From Polyangiales bacterium (GTDB lineage Bacteria > Myxococcota_A > Polyangia > Polyangiales > Polyangiaceae), in assembly GCA_038230375.1 (NCBI GenBank), contig JBBRNJ010000037.1:1-64000 (forward strand): 64,000 bases of DNA, in the 5' to 3' direction. The notes beneath the pieces were generated by a model, which saw nothing but the letters and a program-made list of their open reading frames with translations, made no database searches and was not told the DNA's origin. The position numbers were made by a program, and so were the translations under genes. Each line of letters begins with the position of its first letter. Position 1 is the first letter of the stretch. Below are positions 49,085-58,744 of the stretch, piece after piece.

Positions 49085-50332
49085 ATGTCTCAAACTAGTC
49101 CCCGCCTTCATCGCCGCAACACCTACACCGCAGGCCTCTTCGCTCTCTCCACTCTTCTCGCCGCCGCGTGCGGCGATGACGTCGCGAACGACGGTAGTGG
49201 AGATGGAGGAAAGAACGACGCCGGCATCGGCAAGGACGGCGGCGGCGCCCTTGAAGCCGACGGTTCCATGTTTTCGGGCCCCGACGGGTCTGCGAGCAAT
49301 GACGGCGGGACCGACGGCACCACCTTTGTAGTCCCCGACGTCACCGCCCCGACCGTGCTTGCGACCGATCCGGCGAGCGCTGCCATGAGCGTGTCCACCG
49401 GCACGGCGATCACCGCCACCTTCAGCGAGCCAATGTACGGGTCGACGATCACCGACGCGACCTTCACGCTCACGCAGGGTGGCGCTCCCGTACTCGCTAC
49501 CGTCAGCCTGTTCGACGACACGGCGACGCTCACGCCTTTCAGTCCGCTCACGCTGAACACGACCTATGTGGCGACCATCACGAAGGCGGCGACGGATCTC
49601 GCCGGCAATCCCCTCGCGGCGGACTACACGTGGACCTTCAAGACGGACGCCACCGTGCCGCTCGGGCCGTCGCCGGTCTTCCTTGGTGCAGCCGGTCGAT
49701 ACGTCATCCTCGCAAAGGCAGCGATCTCGAACGTTCCCACCTCCAAGGTCAAGGGCGACGTCGGGCTCAGCCCCGCTGCCGCAAGCTACATCACCGGCTT
49801 CGCGATGACGAAGGCCGGTACGAAATGGACTTCGCCTCAGGTGGTCGGCAGCATCTTCGCGGCGGACAACGATCCGCCGACGCCGGCCAATCTCACGACC
49901 GCCGTCGGCGCCATGGAGACCGCTTACACCGATGCCGCAGGCCGCCCAACACCTGGGTCCATCGACCTCGGCGGCGGGGCCATCGGCGGGCTCATCCTCG
50001 CGCCGGGCCTCTACAAGTGGAACTCCGCTGTCATCGTTCCCACGGACGTGACGATCGCGGGTGCGGCCAACGACGTCTTCATCTTCCAGATCGCGGGCGA
50101 CCTCACGATCAGCTCGGCCAAGTCCATGAAGCTCACCGGCGGTGCGCGCGCAAAGAACATCTTCTGGCAGGTCGCAGGAGCGGTTCACATCGGAACCACC
50201 TCGCACGCCGAGGGGATCGTGCTGACGAAGACGGCGGTCACACTCGGAACGGGCGCCTCCATCAACGGCCGCCTCTACGCGCAGACCGCGGTGACCCTCG
50301 CCGGCAACGCCATCACCGCGCCCGCGCCGTGA
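49085..50332 (+). CDS. Ice-binding protein (DUF3494) with Big_5 Ig-like domain, lipoprotein
   Basis: Lipobox AAAC; DVTAPTV..ITATFSEPM..DLAGNPL (Big_5); ILAKAAIS, AYTDAAGR, LAPGLYKW, NIFWQVAG, GRLYAQTAVTL (DUF3494). Confidence 0.92.
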   Translation: MSQTSPRLHRRNTYTAGLFALSTLLAAACGDDVANDGSGDGGKNDAGIGKDGGGALEADGSMFSGPDGSASNDGGTDGTTFVVPDVTAPTVLATDPASAAMSVSTGTAITATFSEPMYGSTITDATFTLTQGGAPVLATVSLFDDTATLTPFSPLTLNTTYVATITKAATDLAGNPLAADYTWTFKTDATVPLGPSPVFLGAAGRYVILAKAAISNVPTSKVKGDVGLSPAAASYITGFAMTKAGTKWTSPQVVGSIFAADNDPPTPANLTTAVGAMETAYTDAAGRPTPGSIDLGGGAIGGLILAPGLYKWNSAVIVPTDVTIAGAANDVFIFQIAGDLTISSAKSMKLTGGARAKNIFWQVAGAVHIGTTSHAEGIVLTKTAVTLGTGASINGRLYAQTAVTLAGNAITAPAP

Positions 50333-50376
50333 AGCTGCTCACCAGGTCGCGACGCGTCCCATCGAAAAGGAACAAG

Positions 50377-50922
50377 ATGCCCCTGAAACACAGTTGCATG
50401 ATGCTGACAGCGTTGACGCTATCCCTGGCCGGGCTGGGCGCTTGCGCAGCGCCCCAGGAACCAACGAGTCCCACGGCGGGGCTCACGCAGCCAGTCGCGC
50501 CGCCGACCCTCCCCGGGCCCGGCCCTGGACCGACCACGGCCCACACGGACGTCCTCTACAGCATGTACATCACGCAGTCGGTGCGCGCCGTCTGCTCGGG
50601 GCCGGACCCGTACTTCTCGTTCGACTCCTCGAAGCCAACAGCGTCGGATCACCCGACGATGAAGAACCTGGTGACGTGCATGAAGACCGGGCCGCTTCGT
50701 AGCAAGAGCATCGTGCTCACGGGGCGCACGGATCCGCGCGGGACGGCGAGCTACAACGAGAAGCTCGGACTCGAGCGCGCGGAGAAGGTGAAGCGAGCGC
50801 TGGTGTCCGACGGCATCGACCCGGCGCGCATTCAGACTGCATCGCTTGGCTCCGAGGAGGCGTCGGGCGATCCAGAGAACTGGCCGCGCGACCGTCGCGT
50901 CCAGATCGACGTCGCTCCGTGA
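50377..50922 (+). CDS. OmpA/Pal-like peptidoglycan-binding lipoprotein
   Basis: Lipobox LGAC; YFSFDS; GRTDPRGTASYNEKLGLERA; DRRV. Confidence 0.9.
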   Translation: MPLKHSCMMLTALTLSLAGLGACAAPQEPTSPTAGLTQPVAPPTLPGPGPGPTTAHTDVLYSMYITQSVRAVCSGPDPYFSFDSSKPTASDHPTMKNLVTCMKTGPLRSKSIVLTGRTDPRGTASYNEKLGLERAEKVKRALVSDGIDPARIQTASLGSEEASGDPENWPRDRRVQIDVAP

Positions 50923-51020
50923 CATTGTCCGGTGTGGCGTTCGTGCTCACGCATGGCGTGATTGCACGAGCCAGGGCCGCACCACCGGAGAAATGGCTGC
51001 GAATCGCGCGCCGCTCCCGG

Positions 51021-51036
51021 TGGTGCGTGCCTTGCA
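51021..51036 (+). promoter_or_regulatory. sigma54 promoter candidate TGGTGCGTGCCTTGCA
   Basis: TGG-N10-GC with TTGCA, 22 nt upstream of ATG 51058. Confidence 0.55.
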
Positions 51037-51057
51037 AACACCACAGCCGAGGCAACC

Positions 51058-51933
51058 ATGAAGTTCGATGCGGGCGACAGGGCAGACGGCACCCAGGTAG
51101 AGGACCGTCGCGGGATGGGCAGGACGATCGGCGCGGGCGTCGGTGGTCTCGGCCTTGTCGGCACACTCATCTATGTCGCCCTCCAGCTGCTCGGCGGGAG
51201 CGCGTCCGATGGCAGCGCCCCCGCGACCACGCGCGTGACGTCGGGCGCCGGCGATCCCAAGATCGTCTCGGAGAGCTGTCAGGGCATCACCTCCGCGAAG
51301 GACCAAGGCGAGTTCGTGGCGTGCGTGCAGACGAACGTGCAGAACTTCTGGACGCAGGCGCTCACGAAGGAAGCGACCCAGTACCACCCGGCGAAGCTCG
51401 TCCTGTTCACCGACGCAACGCACAGCGGCTGCGGCACGGCCAGCGCGCAGACCGGCCCGTTCTACTGTCCGGAGGACCACAAGGTGTACCTGGACACTGC
51501 GTTCTTCGACGAGCTGCACAACCGCTTTCACGCGAAGGGCGGTGACTTCGCCGAGGCGTACGTTGTCGCGCACGAGTACGGCCATCACGTGCAGAGCATT
51601 CTCGGTACAGAGCGCGCGTTCGAGGCAGCCATCGCGCGCGACCCCGCGCAGCACAACGCGCTCTCCGTGATGCTGGAGCTCCAGGCGGACTGCTTTGCCG
51701 GCGTGTGGGGGCACGACGCATATCAGCGCGGCAAGGTCTCGCAAGCGGAGATCGCGCAAGGCCTCGACGCCGCTGCGTCGGTTGGTGATGATCGCATAAG
51801 GCAGTCAGCCGGCTTGCGCGTGCGCCCGGAGAGATTCACGCACGGCTCCGCCGCCGACAGACAGCGCTGGTTCCAGACCGGCATGTCCGCGGGCGACGCA
51901 GGAGCATGCGACACCTTCAGCGGCCGCCTCTAA
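51058..51933 (+). CDS. ypfJ: YpfJ-like neutral zinc metallopeptidase
   Basis: VEDRRG; SGCG; GPFYCP; GDFAEAYVVAHEYGHHVQ; ELQADC; VGDD; THGS. Confidence 0.92.
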   Translation: MKFDAGDRADGTQVEDRRGMGRTIGAGVGGLGLVGTLIYVALQLLGGSASDGSAPATTRVTSGAGDPKIVSESCQGITSAKDQGEFVACVQTNVQNFWTQALTKEATQYHPAKLVLFTDATHSGCGTASAQTGPFYCPEDHKVYLDTAFFDELHNRFHAKGGDFAEAYVVAHEYGHHVQSILGTERAFEAAIARDPAQHNALSVMLELQADCFAGVWGHDAYQRGKVSQAEIAQGLDAAASVGDDRIRQSAGLRVRPERFTHGSAADRQRWFQTGMSAGDAGACDTFSGRL

Positions 51934-52074
51934 ACAGGGTCGCCTGGGGCGAGATCCATCCCGGCAGGCTTCGTTTTGGACTCCGCTCCGTGCTCACGAC
52001 CAAGAGGTCGCTCCGCGCGGTGCTCGCCCAAAGCCTTGCCTGACGGGCGGCTCTCGCCCCACTCGACCCTGTTT
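51931..52074 (+). mobile_element. MITE/REP-like element with 23-bp terminal inverted repeats
   Basis: AAACAGGGTCGCCTGGGGCGAGA (51932-54) versus TCTCGCCCCACTCGACCCTGTTT (52052-74), 21/23 complementary; lies between convergent genes. Confidence 0.65.
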
Positions 52075-52135
52075 GCGTATGATGCCGGTCACGGCATTGG
52101 TGAAGCCGGCCTTCAGCGGCGCCTCTGGCCAGTCG

Positions 52136-53773
52136 TCAGTCGAGCGTCCAGGTCTGCCGGTCCTGCGCCGCGATGCCCGGCGGCAGCGCGATGGACGTAT
52201 CGCGACAGGTCTCTTGTTGGAGCTGGAAGCCGTTCCCCGACTGCCCCGCTGCCGAGTACGGGCGTAGCGAGAGGCACATACCGGTGTGCTCTGCCTTGAT
52301 CGCGTAGCCCCCACCTGCGCGCCATTCGACACGCCATTTCTGGTGACCTCCCGCGTTGCAGTCCCATTGCTGCGCGGAGCCGTATTCGGCGGAGGTGCCG
52401 CCGGCGATCTCGAGACATCGGTGACTGTGCTCTGCGGTGACCGTGAAGAGAGGTCCCTTGCTGCCGCGTCCCGCTGGCGCGAGACGCCATGCCTGGTTCT
52501 GGCCTTCGAGGCACTGGTACTGCGTCACTTGCGCGCCGTTGCTGGTGGACGCGGCCTTCACGTCGGCGCACGCGCCGGGCACGACGGAGCGAAGCCGGTG
52601 GGCTGCGCCGTCGATGATGCCTGCTTGAACGCGCCACGCCTGGTTCTTCGCGTTTGGCAGACATGGGAACGTCTTGAGCGCCGCGCCGTTGGCGGTGTTG
52701 CTCGCCGTGAGGTCGAGGCACTGATCGCCGTGCTGACTCTTGATCCGGACGCTTCCGTTGCCGAGATAGTCAAGGCGCCACCCTTGCTGCGTGAGGTGCT
52801 CCTGCGGCACCGCGTCCGGTTTCACGATCTCGCCGCTGCATGTCGTCTGCTCGACGGGCACACCCGGAGCTCCGCTTGGCACACTGAGGCACTTGTTGCT
52901 GTGGAGCGCGCGGATCTCGTAGACGTCGCCTTTGGCGGTCTCGCGCAGGTCACCCTGCGGAACGGCGCGGAGCGCCCAGCGTTGTTCATTGCCGCCAGAG
53001 CAGTCCCACTGGATGATGCTCGCGTGCTCACCGTGGGTGGCGGCGGGCACGGCAACGCATCGGCCACTGAGCTCCGAGACGATCTCGTGCCACATGCGGA
53101 AGCGCGCGATCTCGGGCCGGAGGGCAGACGCGATGGTGAGCTTGCTTCCCAGGTGCACGACGATCGCGGCGATGTCATTGCCCAGGAGGCACGCGCCGCC
53201 CTGATCGTAGTCGAGCAGCTCGTTTCCCGTACCGCCGAGCGCGGGTCCGAGACGCACGGAGGCGCCGTCCAGCGGCGACTGCACCGGAAATTCCCGAGTC
53301 CGGAGCTGTGCGCCGTACGGCAGCTCGGCAATGGTAGAACGCCCGAAGCCGTAGCAAGGAAGACGCGTGACGCCGCCTGACGCGAGCGCATACGTGTCAC
53401 GCCTGGAGACGGCGCGCTCGTAGCCCGTGGTCGAGCCGTTCATCTTGAGAGGCTTCGCGAGACGCGCGATCGACACGCCCCATGAGAGCGGCTGGATCTC
53501 CAGGATGGGATTCCGATCCGAGTCCTGCGTGCCCATGAAGTAGCCCGCGTACTCCGGGTGGAGGAGGTCCGACGGCGAGAAGCAAGGGGTCGCCGAGAGC
53601 ACGATGTCGTTTGCGAGAAGGGTGCCGGTGCACGTTGCGCCAGTCGCACGGATGGAGATCATTCCGAGCGCCTCGGCCGAGACCGGCGCGCCGCCGATGA
53701 CCGCGTGGACGTCGCTCTTGACGAGACCCCCGGCGATCGTGAGAGCAAGCCCAAGAAGAAGACGCGTCCTCAT
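52136..53773 (-). CDS. Secreted inactive trypsin-like domain + two ricin B lectin (beta-trefoil) domains
   Basis: Signal peptide then VIGG; CTGTLL...VLSATPC; YDQGG; six QxW-type subdomains. Confidence 0.85.
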   Translation of the reverse strand: MRTRLLLGLALTIAGGLVKSDVHAVIGGAPVSAEALGMISIRATGATCTGTLLANDIVLSATPCFSPSDLLHPEYAGYFMGTQDSDRNPILEIQPLSWGVSIARLAKPLKMNGSTTGYERAVSRRDTYALASGGVTRLPCYGFGRSTIAELPYGAQLRTREFPVQSPLDGASVRLGPALGGTGNELLDYDQGGACLLGNDIAAIVVHLGSKLTIASALRPEIARFRMWHEIVSELSGRCVAVPAATHGEHASIIQWDCSGGNEQRWALRAVPQGDLRETAKGDVYEIRALHSNKCLSVPSGAPGVPVEQTTCSGEIVKPDAVPQEHLTQQGWRLDYLGNGSVRIKSQHGDQCLDLTASNTANGAALKTFPCLPNAKNQAWRVQAGIIDGAAHRLRSVVPGACADVKAASTSNGAQVTQYQCLEGQNQAWRLAPAGRGSKGPLFTVTAEHSHRCLEIAGGTSAEYGSAQQWDCNAGGHQKWRVEWRAGGGYAIKAEHTGMCLSLRPYSAAGQSGNGFQLQQETCRDTSIALPPGIAAQDRQTWTLD

Positions 53774-54891
53774 CACTTGCCTCCCTTCAACGGAGCCGGC
53801 GGCGGAAGTACAGCGGGTAGTGTGGCCGGCGGGGTCGGTGAGATGACTCCTGCTGCGAACGGTGCTGGCCCGGGGCGCTTCGGATGCGCGTAGAGCCACG
53901 TGTAGATCGTGTCGCCGAACGTGTGTTGATCAAGGTTGGGAATGTGGGGCCCGTTCTTGATCGTCCACAGCTCCACGTCGATCCCCGTCGGGCAGCCGCC
54001 GAATCTTGCGCGCGTCGTCTCGCTCCCGGGCAGGGTCCGATCGATGTCGATCTCCCCGTAGTTCGCGAGCGGGCTCCGACAACCATCGCGGCTCGCCCAC
54101 GATTGGACCGTATCCATCGCCGTCGGAAAGACGGACGGAAACGAGACTCGCAGGACGGGTCCTGCCGGCGGCGGCGGCCTCACCGCAGTGTAGTCACTGC
54201 TGCGTCCGCTGCTGTCCGTGGCGCCCGGCCATGGCGGCCACGGGAGCGCGACATCGTGCTGATGAATCTTGCTGTATGGCGAGATCTGGTCCGCGTCGCC
54301 GTGGATCTGAAGCACCGATACGTTGTTGGCAGCACACGCCTGAATGACGCCGGCGCCAGCCTGCGGGACATGCCCCGCGAGGCTCACGATCGCTGCGATC
54401 TTTGGATTGTCGCATGCGACGCGATGGCTCATGAAGGCACCGTTCGAGTGACCGACGAGGTAGATGCGGGTGGGATCGACCGCGTGCGAGCGCGAAACCT
54501 CTTCGATGATGTGCGCGATGTACGTGACATCGTCGATGGGAGGCAGCCCACCGAAGAACTGACAGCACGCATTGCTCGCTCTCCAGAACTGGTTGCCCGT
54601 TGGATCGCGCGTGCCGTCCGGGTACGCGTAGAGGAACGTCCGGTCATCCGCGAGGTACGTACCGTCCGCGCGCTCCCCCAGGCCGAAGTACTTGTCCTGC
54701 GTGGTGGAGTTGACGCTGTATCCATGAAGCAGGATGACGAGCGGCACGGGACGGTTCGCATACCCGGTTGGAACGTGGAGATGAAACGGGCGGCCGTCGA
54801 CCGTGACGCCCTCGGCGCTGGCGTTGCCCGTGACGAGCGTCAACGCAACGGCGAGTGTCCCGAAGACCGAGACACGAAGCGACTCTTTCAT
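53773..54891 (-). CDS. LpqP/PHB depolymerase-family secreted esterase
   Basis: PLVILLHG; YPDG; W.A..ACC; DDV.YI; VDP.RIYLVGHSNG; IHGDAD; GPHIP. Confidence 0.9.
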   Translation of the reverse strand: MKESLRVSVFGTLAVALTLVTGNASAEGVTVDGRPFHLHVPTGYANRPVPLVILLHGYSVNSTTQDKYFGLGERADGTYLADDRTFLYAYPDGTRDPTGNQFWRASNACCQFFGGLPPIDDVTYIAHIIEEVSRSHAVDPTRIYLVGHSNGAFMSHRVACDNPKIAAIVSLAGHVPQAGAGVIQACAANNVSVLQIHGDADQISPYSKIHQHDVALPWPPWPGATDSSGRSSDYTAVRPPPPAGPVLRVSFPSVFPTAMDTVQSWASRDGCRSPLANYGEIDIDRTLPGSETTRARFGGCPTGIDVELWTIKNGPHIPNLDQHTFGDTIYTWLYAHPKRPGPAPFAAGVISPTPPATLPAVLPPPAPLKGGK

Positions 54892-54912
54892 TGTTTCCCC
54901 CTCCCCGGGGGC

Positions 54913-54928
54913 GGCACCATGCGCGCCA
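54913..54928 (-). promoter_or_regulatory. sigma54 promoter candidate TGGCGCGCATGGTGCC
   Basis: TGGCGCG-N4-GTGC, 22 nt upstream of ATG 54891. Confidence 0.4.
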
Positions 54929-55003
54929 GTGAACGGCGGACGCTACAGGAGATCGCTGAAGCGTGTGCAACGAAGCGTCTCGGGCTCGAATCGTGGCCGT
55001 CGC

Positions 55004-55600
55004 TCAGGTTGCATTGGCGACGCGATCTGCGATTGCCTCGGCGGCGGCCTCCAGCGCCTCCGCGATGGCGGTGACGAAGTCCTCTGTCGCTCCCGTGGGC
55101 GCGACTGGGCGTTCGGTCGTGATCGTGTCCTCGAAGAGGACGTGCTTGTCGTCCGAGAGGAGCGCACGAACAGACACGCGCCCCGCCCTCTTCTGCGGCG
55201 TGCGCACCTCTTCGAACGCGACCAACTCCAGGTCGAGGGTCGGCGCATCTCCCGAGACCGCATGCGCGAAGCGGCGCTCCTCGAAGAGGACGCGCGCGAC
55301 GGCCCGCGCCAGATACGCCTCCGGTCGCTCGGTCCAGCGATTCAATTCGTCGAACTGAACCTCCTGCGCCGACGTGCGAACGACGAGCCGCTCATGCAAA
55401 TGCGAGCCCGACGTGAGCCTTCCCATCCGCACGATCACCGGGGTGCGCGCCGTCGCGGCGGGAACGACGGGCGCCTTCTGGACCACTGCCAGACCGGGGG
55501 TGAAGTACCGAACGTCCAGCGCATCGGCCTTTCCAGTGAGCGCGCACCCTGCGGCCGACAGAAGGACGAGCGCGCAGAGCGAACGAGAAAGGAGCCTCAT
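55004..55600 (-). CDS. PqiC-like ABC transport auxiliary lipoprotein
   Basis: Lipobox AAGC; RW...P motif; last gene of the mla-like operon, 4-nt overlap. Confidence 0.85.
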   Translation of the reverse strand: MRLLSRSLCALVLLSAAGCALTGKADALDVRYFTPGLAVVQKAPVVPAATARTPVIVRMGRLTSGSHLHERLVVRTSAQEVQFDELNRWTERPEAYLARAVARVLFEERRFAHAVSGDAPTLDLELVAFEEVRTPQKRAGRVSVRALLSDDKHVLFEDTITTERPVAPTGATEDFVTAIAEALEAAAEAIADRVANAT

Positions 55601-56565
55601 TGCACGTGTCCTTTCGCGCGGCCCTTCAGGAGCATGTCCGGATCCCTCTCGAGCGCGTCGACGAGCCGACGGAGCGACTCGGACGCCTCTCGCACCTCCC
55701 GCAACGTGGCGTCCAGCTCGCGCCCGGTGCCGCGGGCGCCGCGACCCACTTCGCCGTAGACGTCTACGGTGCGCTGACCGCTCGCGACGAGACCGCTGTC
55801 ACCCCCGAGTCGATCGAGCACCAGATCCAGCTTCTTGACGCTCGCCTGCAGGTCGTCAATCGTCCCGGCCGCCTTCTTCGGCAGGTTCTCCCCATCGAGG
55901 TGCGCGATCGCCGTTCGCATCCCGGCAAGCACCTCGTCGACGTGCGCGAGGGTCCTGGCGGCCTTGCCGGTCACGTCATCCTTCTCCAGAGTTGCCATGA
56001 CCCGGTCGACCTTGGCTGCAATGGCCACGATCGCGTTGATGAGATCGGGGAGCTTGTCCATCGCGTTCGTGAGCGTGTCCTCGAGGCTCTTGAACAGGCT
56101 GCTGGCGGCGGGGATGTAGTTCTCATCGGGCGCGAACGCCAAGACGGGTGGCGGGTTCGTCCGCGGGTCGAAGAAGTCGATCGCCACGAACTTCACGCCC
56201 GTGATCCCCTGCGAGCCGAGCTGGGCGCGCAGATCGGGCGGCAGGAGAAACGTGACGTTTGCGCCCTTCCGTGACTCCTGGAAGCCCATGCGTGCGATGT
56301 CGGTCAAAATGATGTCGCTCCTCACTTCCACCATGCGGTGATCCTTCGCGATCGTGATGTTCGCGACCTGCCCGATGGTGACGCCTCTGAACTTCACGGG
56401 GGCGCCCACCTCGAGACCGGTCACTGATTCATTGAAGTACGAGTAATAAGATATCGTCCTGGTTTGCATGCTGCGTGCGCCGAACGCCACGACGGTCAGG
56501 ACCAGGGCCGCAAGGCCTGCGAGCATGAAGAGGCCAAGCTTGAAGTGATTGGTGGGCGCAGCCAT
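55597..56565 (-). CDS. mlaD: MCE/MlaD family protein
   Basis: N-terminal TM; FNESVTGLEVGAPVKFRGVTIGQV; GITG; helical tail; LERDP..LL.G. Confidence 0.92.
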   Translation of the reverse strand: MAAPTNHFKLGLFMLAGLAALVLTVVAFGARSMQTRTISYYSYFNESVTGLEVGAPVKFRGVTIGQVANITIAKDHRMVEVRSDIILTDIARMGFQESRKGANVTFLLPPDLRAQLGSQGITGVKFVAIDFFDPRTNPPPVLAFAPDENYIPAASSLFKSLEDTLTNAMDKLPDLINAIVAIAAKVDRVMATLEKDDVTGKAARTLAHVDEVLAGMRTAIAHLDGENLPKKAAGTIDDLQASVKKLDLVLDRLGGDSGLVASGQRTVDVYGEVGRGARGTGRELDATLREVREASESLRRLVDALERDPDMLLKGRAKGHVQ

Positions 56566-56568
56566 GGC

Positions 56569-57381
56569 TCAGTGCTCCTTCTCGAGCACGCGTGCGCGCG
56601 CCTGTTCGTTCGGGTCGTGCGCCTGCCGGGAGCGCCGGTTGAAGAACGCGCTCACGCGAGGCTCCTGGCTCTCCTTGAGGGCCAGGGGGGCGCCCTCGGC
56701 GATCACGGTCCCGGCCGCCTTGTCGATCAAGATGCAGTGGTCGACGATGCGGAAGATGCTCTCGAGCTCGTGGGTGACGACCACGACGGTGAGGTCGAGC
56801 GCCTTCTTCATGGTGAGTATCAGGTCGTCGAGCTCCGCAGACGTGACGGGGTCAAGGCCAGCCGACGGCTCGTCGAGAAACAAGATGTGCGGGTCCAGCG
56901 CGAGGGCGCGCGCGATCGCCGCGCGCTTCTTCATGCCGCCCGATAGCTCCGATGGGAACTGCTCCCACGCGCCGTCCAGGCCGACCAGCGCGAGCTTCGC
57001 GAGGGCGATGGCGACGATGGCGTCGCGCGGTAGGCTCGTCCACTCCTCGAGCGGCAGCGCCACGTTCTCTCCCACGGTGAGCGAGCCGAACAGCGCACCC
57101 TGTTGAAACATGACACCGAACGGGGGAAGCCCCGCCTCGAGGTCGGGCGTTCCGCGCTGCGCGACGTCGATGGTCCCGGCGAGCGGCGCCTCGAGGCCCA
57201 CGAGGAACCGAAGCAACGTGGACTTGCCGGAACCGCTGCCACCGAGGATGGCAAAGATCTCGCCCGCCTCCACGCGAAACGAGACATCCCGCTGCAGGAC
57301 GTGGTCTCCCCAGCCGACGGAGAGCCCGCGAACATCGATGAGCGCGCCGGGTTTCGCATTGTCCGGGTTCGTTGCGCTCAT
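56569..57381 (-). CDS. mlaF: MlaF-type ABC ATPase
   Basis: GGSGSGKS; FQQGALF; LSGGMKKR; LDEPSAGLDP; VTHE; start MSATN. Confidence 0.95.
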   Translation of the reverse strand: MSATNPDNAKPGALIDVRGLSVGWGDHVLQRDVSFRVEAGEIFAILGGSGSGKSTLLRFLVGLEAPLAGTIDVAQRGTPDLEAGLPPFGVMFQQGALFGSLTVGENVALPLEEWTSLPRDAIVAIALAKLALVGLDGAWEQFPSELSGGMKKRAAIARALALDPHILFLDEPSAGLDPVTSAELDDLILTMKKALDLTVVVVTHELESIFRIVDHCILIDKAAGTVIAEGAPLALKESQEPRVSAFFNRRSRQAHDPNEQARARVLEKEH

Positions 57382-57386
57382 CTGCT

Positions 57387-58511
57387 TCAGACTCCCAGGA
57401 CCCGAAATGTCATCGTCAAGAGCGCGTCGATGACGACGATCGCGAAGAGCGAGCTCACGACTGATGACGTGGTTCGCTTGCCGACCGCCTCTGCGCCGCC
57501 CGACGCCGAGAACCCCTGCTGGCAGGAGATGAGAGAGATCGCCACGGCGAAGAAGACGCTCTTCAGTAGCCCCGTCCACACGTCGCCAAGGTGGACTGCC
57601 CCTCGTGTCTCGGTCACATATCCGGTCACCGACAGACCGAGCGAGATGCCGCCCACGAGACCGCCGCCAAGAATGCCGACGAAGTCGGCGAGGACGGTGA
57701 GAAGGGGGACAACGACCACGAGCGCGATGGTTCGCGGCACCACGAGCCAGGAGAACGGCGAGAGCCCCATCGTCCTGAGCGCGTCCAGCTCCTCGGAGAC
57801 CTTCATGGTGCCGATCTCCGCGGCGAAGCCCGCTCCCGAGCGGCCGCACACGATGATCGCGGTCATCAGGGGGCCGAGCTCGCGACAGATGGAAATGCCG
57901 ACGAGGTCGGCGACGTAGATGTTGGCGCCGAACATCTGGAGCTGGCGCGCTGCCTGATAGGCCATGACGAACCCGACGAGCAGGCTGATGAGGAGCACGA
58001 TCGGAATGGCGTCCGCGCCAGCTCTCTCCATGAGAGGAGCGAGCTCCTTCCAGTGTCCTTCCCGCGGGCGGCGAACGATCCGGGCCATCGAGAAGACGAG
58101 GCTCCCGAGGAACTCGATCACTCCTTTTGCCTCGTGCACCGCGTCGAGCGTGCCGCGTCCAATGTGCGCGATCGCGCTCTCGGCGGTTCGCGGCGCGCGT
58201 ATTTTCGGCTTGCCGTCGCCGCCATACAGGTGGACGAGCAGGTCGACCCGCGCATTGGCGCCGCGAAAAGTCGCACGGACGCCGCGCTGCGCGAGATCGG
58301 CGCGCAGCGAGACCAGCAGGGCCATGATCTCGCCGTCGATGGCGTCGGCTTGCGAGAGATCGAATGCGACCTCAGCTCCCGTGATGGACGTGGTCGCGGC
58401 CCGAAGCTCCGACCATATCGGCGCTGCCTGAGCCATCGAGAGGCTGCCCTCTAGAAGCACGCTGCTCGGGAGCGCGGTGATCCGATACGTATGAGAAAGA
58501 GCGTCCGCCAT
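57387..58511 (-). CDS. mlaE: MlaE-type ABC permease with N-terminal STAS-like domain
   Basis: RELGPLMTAIIVCGRSG..FAAEIGTMKVSEELDAL; VGKRTTSSVV. Confidence 0.95.
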   Translation of the reverse strand: MADALSHTYRITALPSSVLLEGSLSMAQAAPIWSELRAATTSITGAEVAFDLSQADAIDGEIMALLVSLRADLAQRGVRATFRGANARVDLLVHLYGGDGKPKIRAPRTAESAIAHIGRGTLDAVHEAKGVIEFLGSLVFSMARIVRRPREGHWKELAPLMERAGADAIPIVLLISLLVGFVMAYQAARQLQMFGANIYVADLVGISICRELGPLMTAIIVCGRSGAGFAAEIGTMKVSEELDALRTMGLSPFSWLVVPRTIALVVVVPLLTVLADFVGILGGGLVGGISLGLSVTGYVTETRGAVHLGDVWTGLLKSVFFAVAISLISCQQGFSASGGAEAVGKRTTSSVVSSLFAIVVIDALLTMTFRVLGV

Positions 58512-58744
58512 CTACGCCGCCAGGCTTGCGGCACGGGGCGCTGCACACTGTGGTCCATCTCGTCTCGGCCATGAATGGCGGACGAGCCACGCTGGGGGCG
58601 GGCGCTCAGTTGTAGCGTTGTACCTCGGATGCCATTACGCCACACCGCGCCCGCCACGCCTCTGCTCACCGCCACCTGGACGAACCTCTCGTGATGGAAG
58701 CGCGTCAGAGGCACAGCGTGGGCGCTCGACTACGGCTCGAAGAG

